Assembly (NCBI GenBank): GCA_037447605.1
Contig: CM074813.1
Span: 1,426,001 to 1,490,000 of the forward strand
Source of the DNA: Zygnema circumcarinatum SAG 698-1b
Lineage: Eukaryota > Plantae > Zygnematophyceae
DNA length: 64,000 nucleotides
Direction: 5' to 3'
Shown: positions 36,401-45,453 of the stretch, in pieces
Position numbering within the stretch: the stretch's first letter is position 1
How the letters are laid out: each line of letters starts with the position of its first letter
Program-made: the position numbers and the translations under genes
Notes under the pieces: generated by a model
Told to the model about the DNA's origin: nothing
What the model saw: the letters and a program-made list of their open reading frames with translations, nothing else
The model's database searches: none

Positions 36401-37074
36401 TCATTTGTAGCCCTCACCTTGTGGAGAATAACGTCAAACGGCCCCTGCTCTACGAGAGGAATGCTGCGATCAATCTCGACCAGGCTAATACCCTTACTCC
36501 TGCAGTCAATACACCCGAAACTCGTATAAATACGGCGACATCGTAAAACCATGTCCAAAAGCCTACTCACGAAGTTACTGAACCAAAACAAGCATTCGCG
36601 CAGACCTTCTCCCCTCTCCCTCTCCCTCCCTCCTCTCACACCCTTGTCCCCGCCCTTCCCTCCCCACTCGCCCTCCGCTCCCATTTCCGACGCCTCCCTC
36701 TTCCTCTCCTTCATCCCACCTTCCATGGCCCTGCCCTCTCCATGCCTTTCCTCTCCTTCCTCTTTCCGTCCGTACCCAAGGCACTCCACGCAGTACTAGA
36801 AACATGCCTTCATCAGTCTCTCCTTTCCATTGCAGACATTCTCTGACCTTGTGAGCGCGAGCAGCTTGGGCTGAATGAAGCTCTTCGTCTTCTTCTTGGT
36901 GAGAGCAAACCCGACGACGAAGCCGCGCTGCTCCGCCGCCGTGTCGTGCGGAGGGCCCGCCTCGGAGCACGGCGGAGGCCTCCGCATCCTCCCGTCGAGG
37001 TCAGCGCGGAGAGGAGCCACTCTTGCTGATGCGGATCTCCCCTTGGCCATGGCGTCTCCTACGACGAGGCGCAT
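33490..37074 (-). CDS. ITPK: Inositol-tetrakisphosphate 1-kinase / inositol 1,3,4-trisphosphate 5/6-kinase (ATP-grasp); 10 exons, about 361 aa
   Basis: Exons 37074-36848, 36499-36418, 36285-36253, 35767-35647, 35425-35333, 35094-34975, 34695-34522, 34210-34155, 33935-33851, 33584-33490, phases consistent. Motifs [73 protein letters not shown]. Confidence 0.93.
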
Positions 37075-37425
37075 GGCATTCTCAGCGTCTCCTTCCTGCT
37101 GGCCTTTCTTTCCACTCTTTCTGCCTCCTTTCAACTTTCTCTGCTTCAATTCCGTAACCGTTCCTTAAAACAGTGTTCAGCCGAGCAATGTCCCAAACGC
37201 TGACAACGAATTGCGCTGACTCTGCGCCTTTCTTTCGACAAAAGATGATCCGTTTCGTGCACAAACCCTAACAAATGAACCCTGCTCTGCTCTGCTTTGC
37301 CTGCCTGCCACGAGTACTTCCACCTAACGCTCCCCCAAGAGGCTCTATCTATCTATATGAGCGCAGGAGGCACAGCCATGGCTGCTCCCTGTCCCTGGCA
37401 GCCGCGGACGACCTGCAGACTTGCG

Positions 37426-37510
37426 AGCTTGCAGGCTTGCAGGCTTGCAGGCTTGCAGGCTTGCAGGCTTCAGGGCCTGCACCTTCCCTGCCTGCCTGCC
37501 TGCCTGCCTG
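37426..37510. repeat. (GCTTGCAG)n and (CCTG)n short tandem repeats upstream of ITPK
   Basis: About five 8-bp units followed by CCTG runs. Confidence 0.85.
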
Positions 37511-40289
37511 CCAGGGGATACAAATAAAACCCTGTTGGCGTCCGCCAAAAATATATACCGCGGTGCGCGCCTGCAAATGAAATTCGGAAAATATCGACGG
37601 CGGCGCTACCAGAAAAAGCGGATATTCGCCCTAAAAAATCCACCGAATTTAAAAAAAGATCCGCCGGCGACTGGGAGGGCACCACGTGGCTGCAGTTGGG
37701 CGGAGATCTCCGTGGCGTGCCGCGGACGACAGGCCGATCGGACGGCTCATAGCGAAGGATCGGGCCTGGTACGGGGACCAGGAAGATCGGACGGCTGGGA
37801 GGGACCGGTGTGGCGAGTGGAACCGGCATTCCGCGATGCTGTTTGGAACAAGGCGGTGGTGAAAAATGTGCGCTCGGGTTGACATGAATTTTTGAGCTGT
37901 TCGAGTTTGGGTATAAAGGGGATGTATGCGTATTTCGGGCAGATGAAAAAGGTTCCACTCTTGCTCGGGCAGTTTCCTTTCAAGAGTGCGAACAAAATTG
38001 AAGTCTTTTTGATTTGTCTTTTTTATTGCAAATTCTTTCCCCTTTCACGGTTTTTCACGGGCAGTTCTTGACCGAGGCGCGCAGATGAACGGCCGGAATC
38101 TCTCGGGGAATCGGAAAGGCAGGATGACCAAATGCGTAATAACTTACGTACTTTTTTTCATTGCATTATTTCGCTGCCCGCAATCCCTTCGTTGACGCCA
38201 AACGCCCCTTGCTCCCTTCCAATCATTGGCGTGCCACGTCGGATTCGTACATTCGCGAGGGGCAGCGCTCGCATTATACCATTTTGATACGCTCCGCCTT
38301 TCCCCAGCCACTCACAAACCGCCACGTGTGTAGGCGGCGGCGCTAGCTGCCAGTTTCCGCGAATCGGCGCCGCCCGCCCCCGCCTGTCCGTTTGGCGCAC
38401 GTGGCCGCCAAGCTGACGATGGCGATTGCGCATTACTCATTGGCGTCGGCGCGCAGAAAGTCCCCATGTGACGTGACGATTTGCAAGACGTGGCAGAGGC
38501 TCCTGCCTGGGATTGTGCGTACGGACGGTCGAGATGGCAGGCTGGACATGCGCCCTCGCTGGCCGTACGACGGCTCGGTACGGTCGGCGACATCCTGCCA
38601 TCCGTACCGGTAGCGTGCCCGAAAGACCGTACCGTACGGCAACAGAACGAGGTGCAGTTTAGTAGGCTCTCGCTTGAGGCTGTGATTGGCGCGGAGGGTG
38701 CGCAATGAAGCTCCAATTGCGCTTATGGCGATGTGGTGGTCCAACGACGTGGTTATGCCCCGAACTTTTTGGTGTTGGGAGGGAGCGAGGCCATCCATCG
38801 CATGCCGACGCTGGCAAAAACCCTAAAAACCCTCCGAGGCCCTGCATTGCGCGACAAGCGGTTGACCGGCTGTGCGCGCCGCGCTTCCTTCCGCAATCAT
38901 CCAGCATCCTCCGCCAGCCGCTCACCCTTCTTCCACTCCCCTCGCCCACCGGCGCCATCTCTCTCTCTCTTACAAGGGGCGCGAGCTGCAAGCATGCTCG
39001 CTTTGACTAATTGCCTCGCGAGCGAGCGAGCCAAGCCGGCCGTCCTGCCCGGCCCCGGCATAGGGCTCTGCGCCGTACCGTACCGTACCGTACTCGTCGG
39101 CTTCGAGCTTCGAGCAAAAGCAAACGGGCAGTGCGTCACGTCACGCTGAAAGTCCAGTCCCCTTCAGCACCATACGGCGCTGCAGAAAGCCGTCGATCCA
39201 GTGCATCCAACGGTCGATATCGGATTTTTCATATCCGTCACGTGGCCGACACGTGGCCTGCCCTCGGCTGCCTTTTCCTCCAATCTTATTCTCTCACGAT
39301 GTGCGACCAATTGTCAAGCGCCACGTGTCGCACCTTACCTCTGTCGACTACTGTTCGGCCGGGCCGGCCCCCTCTGGCTCGCCGGCCGAACCAAACCCGG
39401 ACACGTGACCAGCGCAGGTCTATACATGGGCCAATCCCATCATGCCACGTAGAGCAAGAAACTTGTCGTTTCATTTTGGCTCTGTACGGTGGATTTTGAA
39501 GGGGTACGGTACGACAGCGCAAGATAAGGTTTCGTACAGTCTACAAGACGACAAGCGGCATTCGACTTGTTCCGCGTGCAAGATTCGCACAATCTGATCA
39601 GATTCCCAAGAATCTTTTCCTTTTTAATCATTTTTTTAGGGGCACCAAGCACCTTTGAAGTTGAACTCTGGAATTTTGGGACATTGGAGGTGAAAAGGAC
39701 AGCTTGCTGACGCAATACCAACGTCACACTTTCCGGTTTCTGGTGGAAAACCCGCGGGAGCAAGTTACAAACTTTGGCTTTTTCGTTCTTCCGACCTTAA
39801 ACCATGACCTAATTTGCCTTAGAGGACGACAGGACCAGGTTTCCAGGCTCCCAAAAAAGGAGGGAAAAAAAATGAGAATGATACTGCACCCCCCAAATTT
39901 GAATATCCCACCCCCCATTTTGAAAAAATTGCTCTCCCATTATGGTTACCCCGCCCCCTTATTTTGGATACTTCACCCCTATTAGGGGGAGTCAGACCTT
40001 GACCATCGCCCGCGGAATTGAAAGATTCCTCCGGCGGAAAGGTATTGATTTCGATTTCAGAATTCGGATCGGAAACCGCGGCTCCCCCCGAACCTGTCTG
40101 TCCCGTCCGTACTTCGAAATAGGTTACAAAAATGAGATACAGGCTCGGCGCCCGAGCCTGTCGAAAGTCCAATTTTGGCGAAAAAGGCCTGCCGTACAAC
40201 GCGGAATTGGCCCGACGGCCTCGCGGAATTGGTTTGGCGCTGGTCAAGGTGAGTCAAAAACCCTACAAACCCTGTAGCAGTAATAGCAT

Positions 40290-40800
40290 AAAAGCAAAAG
40301 CAGAAAAAGCAGCACCACAAAAAGCAGCAGCAGCAGCATCAACTATAGCAGCAGCATAAACAGCAGCAACAGCAGCAACAGTAGAAAAAGAGGCAATAGC
40401 AGCAGCAGCAGCAAGAGTAACAGCAACACTGCAATAGCAATAACAGCAAAAAAAGAAGCAGCAGCAGGAGCAGCAGCGGGAGCAGCAAGAGCAGCAACAT
40501 CAGCAACAGCAGCAACAGCAGCAATAGCAGCAATAGCAGCAATAGCAGCAATAGCAGCAGGAGAAAAAGCAAGAGCAGAAAAAGCAGCAACAGTGTCAAC
40601 AGCAACAGCAATAGCAGAAGAAAAAGCAGCAGCACAAAAAACAACAACGACATCAACAGCAGCAGCAAGAGCAGCAGCACGAACAGCAGCAAGAACAGCA
40701 GCAGCAGAAATAGCAAAAGGAGCAACAAAAAAAGCAGGAGCAAAAAAAGGAGCAACAACAGCAACAACAACAACAGCAGCAACAGCAGCAAGGGAGACAA
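40290..40800. repeat. Degenerate (CAG/CAA/GCA)n triplet low-complexity block
   Basis: Run of agcagcaacagcaata-type units. It gives only poly-A/L/Q/C pseudo-ORFs. Confidence 0.9.
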
Positions 40801-40988
40801 GGGAGGCATGGGCAAGGGCAAGGGAGGCAGGAGCAGGGGCAATATGGTATACAAGGTATTCAAAGTTTTGAAAGAAACACAAAAAACAAAAAAAGCAACT
40901 AAGATAAATAACCACAAATATTTTACATCAAATGCACAAACACAAACACTATATATGAATCAAAATAAACAAATGAAAAAATAGTACG

Positions 40989-41059
40989 AGTCGAAGAGGG
41001 GATTTGAACCCCTTTATTACTGTTTTGCAACAGTTGCATAACCAATTTGCCACTTCGAC
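40989..41059 (-). tRNA. tRNA-Cys(GCA)-like gene or pseudogene with an abnormal anticodon loop
   Basis: GTCGAAG-TG-GCAAATTGGTTATGC-A-ACTGT-TGCAAA-ACAGT-AATAA-AGGGG-TTCAAAT-CCCCT-CTTCGAC-T. It has a perfect 7-bp acceptor stem, a D arm with GG, a perfect T arm, a U discriminator base, A- and B-box-like motifs, and a T6 run about 8 nt downstream. Confidence 0.72.
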
Positions 41060-42052
41060 TTAATGGGGAGGGGGAGGAATAACACACAGTCATACACGCA
41101 ACAAAAGCATAAGCGAAGGAACAAGAGGCACAAGCAAAGGAAGGGAAGACTGAGGCAAAGGCAACATAGCAAGGGGCAAAGGCAAAGGATGTCGGGGCAG
41201 GGGCAGGATGTCGGGGCAGGGGCAAGGGAGGTAAAATACGGAACGTGGAATGCGGAATGCAGCAAATAGCAGCAAACAGCAGCAACAGCAGAAGCAGCGG
41301 CAACAGCACAACAGCAACAGCATAAATAGGATATGAAGAAGAAGAAGAGGAAGCAGCAGGAGCAGAAAAAGCAAGAGCAAAAGCATAAAAAGCAGCAGCA
41401 GCAGCAATAGCCAAAAGAGCACCAAGGGATACAAGGGAGGCATGAGCAAAGGCGCGGGAGGCAGGGGCAGGTGCAAGAGAACAGGAGGCAGGGGCAAGGG
41501 CAAGGGAGGAAGGTGCAAGGGCACGGGAGGCAGGGGCAAGGGTAAGGGAGGCAGGGGCAAGGGCAAGGACTCACCGCTGCTCAAGTCCGCCGTCGTCCCT
41601 AAAAACCGATCGCGCTTTTGCCGTGGTCGACGGCACACCGCTCACCGTTCACCGTTCACTGGGGTGAGGCGAGAGGACGCTCTGCTCGCTCCGCTGCAAG
41701 GATGGCTCGGGTGGAGCCCTATACCCTAAACCCGAGCTGATCTGAGCTCGCTGAGAGCGAGCAGACGGGCAGGCGGCGGGCGCGAGGCGCCGCGGCGGGA
41801 CGCCGCTCGCGCGGTGGTGACGCGCATGGCGACAAAACGGAGGGCGGCGGGCGGCGGGCGGCGGGCGGCGGAGGGAGCGCGTGGGGCCGAAAAGGGGGGA
41901 GTCAGACTTGGCCCGGAGATACGGAGGCAAAATAATTACTCTCTGGAATTCGTGACGCCCGAGCCTGTCGAACGTCCACTTTTCGCGGAATTGGGCTGCC
42001 GTACAACGCGGAATTAGGGTCGGGGGCTTTCTGAATTGATTTGGCGCTGGTC

Positions 42053-43364
42053 TAAGGGTGGGTTTCCATCAGCCCGTTTCGTAACGAGCTTGTTACGGTC
42101 CACGTAGGATGCCGTTTTCAGATGGAACGACGAGTTCCATCAGAACGCCGTTGGCCAGCGTGGCAGTCGCACGCTGGCGGATCTTCGGTAGCCACGTGGC
42201 GGAACGCGAATGGTCGTAATGGCGTTACACCACCTCCGGAGCAGCATCCTGTGGAACGGTGCCTCGTTACCACGTGGCGCCACGTCGGCGCCACGTCGGC
42301 GGAAACGGCCTCATGGAACCCATGGGTCGTCGTCCATTACGACGCCACGTCGGAATAACGGGCTGATGGAACCCCACCCTAAGGGTGGGTTTCCATCAGC
42401 CCGTTTCGTAACGAGCTCGTTACGGTCCACGTAGGATGTCGTTTTCAGATGGAACGACGAGTTCCATCAGAACGCCGTTGGCCAGCGTGGCAGTCGCACG
42501 CTGGCGGATCTTCGGTAGCCACGTGGCGGAACGCGAATGGTCGTAATGGCGTTACACCACCTCCGGAGCAGCATCCTGTGGAACGGTGCCTCGTTACCAC
42601 GTGGCGCCACGTCGGCGCCACGTCGGCGGAAACGGCCTCATGGAACCCATGGGTCGTCGTCCATTACGACGCCACGTCGGAATAACGGGCTGATGGAACC
42701 CCACCCTAAGGGTGGGTTTCCATCAGCCCGTTTCGTAACGAGCTCGTTACGGTCCACGTAGGATGCCGTTTTCAGATGGAACGACGAGTTCCATCAGAAC
42801 GCCGTTGGCCAGCGTGGCAGTCGCACGCTTGCGGATCTTTGATAGCCACGTGGCGGCACGCGAATGGTCGTAATGGCGTTACACCACCTCCGGAGCAGCA
42901 TCCTGTGGAACGGTGCCTCGTTACCACGTGGCGCCACGTCGGCGCCACGTCGGCGGAAACGGCCTCATGGAACCCATGGGTCGTCGTCCATTACGACGCC
43001 ACGTCGGAATAACGGGCTGATGGAACCCCACCCTAAGGGTGGGTTTCCATCAGCCCGTTTCGTAACGAGCTCGTTACGGTCCACGTAGGATGTCGTTTTC
43101 AGATGGAACGACGAGTTCCATCAGAACGCCGTTGGCCAGCGTGGCAGTCGCACGCTTGCGGATCTTTGATAGCCACGTGGCGGCACGCGAATGGTCGTAA
43201 TGGCGTTACACCACCTCCGGAGCAGCATCCTGTGGAACGGTGCCTCGTTACCACGTGGCAGCCACGTCGGCGCCACGTTGGCGGAAACGGCCTCATGGAA
43301 CCCATGGGTCGTCCTCCATTACGACGCCACGTCGGAATAACGGGCTGATGGAACCCCACCCTAA
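42053..43364. mobile_element. Tandem array of four 324-bp Tourist (PIF/Harbinger)-like MITEs joined by shared TAA
   Basis: Units 42056-42379, 42383-42706, 42710-43033, 43037-43361. Each begins GGGTGGGTTTCCATCAGCCCGTT and ends AACGGGCTGATGGAACCCCACCC. TAA lies before, between and after the units. Period is 327 bp. Confidence 0.88.
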
Positions 43365-43424
43365 GTCTGACTCCCCCTATTTTGGATATCCCACCCCCTG
43401 TTTTGGATATTTCGGGAGGAGATA

Positions 43425-44270
43425 TCCCCTGCCCTCCCCTGCCCTGCCCTCCCTTGCCCTGCCTTCCCCTGCCCTCCCCTCCCTTGCCCTCCCCTCCACT
43501 CCCCTGCCCTGCCCTCCCTTGCCCTGCCTTCCCCTGCCCTCCCCTCCCTTGCCCTCCCCTCCACTCCCCTGCCCTGCCCTCCCTTGCCCTGCCTTCTGCC
43601 CTCCCCTCCCTTGCCCTCCCTCCCCTGCCCTGCCCTCCCTTGCCCTGCCTTCCCCTGCCCTCCCCTCCCTTGCCCTCCCCTCCCCTCCCCTGCCCTGCCC
43701 TGCCCTCCCTTGCCCGGGCGTCCCCTGCCGTCCTCTCCACTGCCCTCCCCTGCACTCCCCTGCCCTGCCCTCCCTTGCCCTGCCTTCCCCTGCCCTCCCC
43801 TCCCCTCCCCTCCCCTCCCCTCCCTTGCCCTCCCCTGCCCTCCCCTCCCCTGCCCTCCCCTCCCTTGCCCTCCCCTCCCCTCCCTTCCCCTCCCCTGCCC
43901 TGCCCTTCCCTGCCCTCCCCTCCCTTGCCCTCCCCTCCCTCCCTCCCTCCACTCCCCTGCCCTGCCCTCCCTTGCCCTGCCTTCCCCTGCCCTGCCCTCT
44001 CCTCCCTTGCCCTCCCCTCCCTTGCCCTCCCCTCCCTCCCCTGCCCTGCCCTCCCTTGCCCTGCCTTCCCCTGCCCTCCCCTCCCTTGCCCTCCCCTCCC
44101 CTCCCCTGCCCTGCCCTCCCTTGCCCTGCCTTCCCCTGCCCTCCCCCCCTCCCTTGCCCTCCCCTCCCCTTGCCCTCCCCTCCCCTCCCCTCCCCTGCCC
44201 TACCCCCTGCCCTCCCTTGCCCTACTCTCCCCTGCCCTCCCTTGCCCTACTCTCCCCTGCCCTCCCCTCT
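43425..44270. repeat. About 850-bp pyrimidine-rich pentamer array (CCCCT/CCCTG/CCTTG)n
   Basis: Almost purely C/T with periodic G. The opposite strand has dense GGG tracts. Confidence 0.92.
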
Positions 44271-45400
44271 TCTTCTCTCCTCTTCTCGGTTTGCAATGTC
44301 CACTGAAATGCTACCGACTGAGTACACCCGCGATGAACTCGTACAGCTCGCCTTAATTAGTGGGTGTACAATCCTAACCGCAAAACGAAGAGTAATGGTT
44401 GCCCCACATCGGTGACCTTCGCGGCTGCTTTTAGGGCTGCGTTTTTGCGCTTAGGCCTGGCCTAGTTTGGTTTTTTGTTTTTTTCTGCTCCTAGTTACTT
44501 TATTTTGTGCTTAGGTCCTTTGCGACCAGTTACTCGTGGTTGCGACTAGTTTCTCGTGGTTCCCCAAGAGAACCACGAGAAACTAGTCACAAAGGATCTT
44601 TGACTTTGTCCATGTTCATTTGATGGCCTCACCATCGTGAGATCAATGCAAATCCCCTTATCTTTTGTTGCACAATGTTGGAAGTTCAGTAGTGAAAAGG
44701 AGAAAACAAGGGGGTGGGATATCCAAAATAAGGGGGTGACATATCCAAAATATGGGGGCAGGATAACCAAAATGGGAGGGCAATTTAAAAAAAAAAAGGG
44801 GGGGGGGCTGAGATATCCAAAATAGGGGGTGCAGTCAGATTCTCCAAAAAAAAGTGGCAGTCCGACATAATAATATTCACATACCATCCCATGCTTCAAT
44901 CCAAGGAGACGTCCTTGTCTGAAAACTACCTACAAAGATAGCCTCTATCTAAGATCCCTCCCTTCTTCACATGTATCCGCCGCGAAATGTGAGCGCCTTG
45001 CTCTCTGCGAAAAGAATAGAAAGAACGAACATATGCCAAACCAACCTAAGTTCTAACAAAATTGAAATGTACGCCTCCCTTTCCAGCCCCTACTTACAAC
45101 AGCAACACACATCCATCTCATGCTCACCCCCAAACTTCCCCCCCCTCCGCTCCAACTTGCCGGGTTCTATGTCCAACCCGTTCCGACCTTTACACCCGCG
45201 CCCCCCGTCCACCGTCCACCAGCGCCGCCCTGCCTCTTGCTACAGCTCCCTCCCTCTCTCTCTCTCTCCCTCTCTCTCTCTCGTTGTCTGTAGTGCTGGT
45301 TTCCAGCGAGAGCTCCACGAGCTCGCCAATCCCCTCCCCTCCGCTCCCCCCCCCCCTCTCTCTCTCTTTCTCTCCCTCTCCCTCTCCCTCTCCCTCTCCC

Positions 45401-45410
45401 NNNNNNNNNN
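45401..45410. other. Assembly gap (10 N) within a (CTCTCC)n tract
   Basis: nnnnnnnnnn. Confidence 1.
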
Positions 45411-45453
45411 TCCCTCTCCCTCTCCCTCTCCCTCTCCCTCTCCCTCTCCCTCG

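Larger units (their letters stand above)
39880..44835. mobile_element. Mosaic of nested non-autonomous TIR-element fragments and low-complexity blocks
   Basis: 39888-39980 is a degenerate inverted copy of 44710-44830 (TTTTGGATAT units). The motif GTCTGACTCCCCC or its complement occurs at about 39985, 41894, 43365 and 44820. A diverged direct repeat of about 110 bp lies at 40148-40250 and 41957-42052. No transposase ORF was found. Confidence 0.5.

Noticed and set aside
40248-41575. 8-bp inverted repeat GGTGAGTC...GACTCACC bracketing the low-complexity block that contains the tRNA-like gene
   Set aside because: It is too short, has no TSD, and also matches a common splice-donor-like word, so it could be chance.
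40339-41638. Poly-Leu, poly-Ala and Cys/Pro-rich ORFs (up to 192 aa)
   Set aside because: They are by-products of CAG/CAA and GGGGCA repeats and appear in several frames at once.
42122-43348. Repeated 74-81 aa ORFs as a tandem gene family
   Set aside because: They lie inside the MITE units, resemble no protein family I recognise, and are simply copied with the 327-bp period.
43240-44415. 391-aa proline-rich (extensin-like) ORF
   Set aside because: It is the translation of a pentamer repeat that is open in multiple frames, with no signal peptide or SPPPP/Tyr extensin motifs. The short unique tail (MSTEMLPTEY...) is not recognisable.
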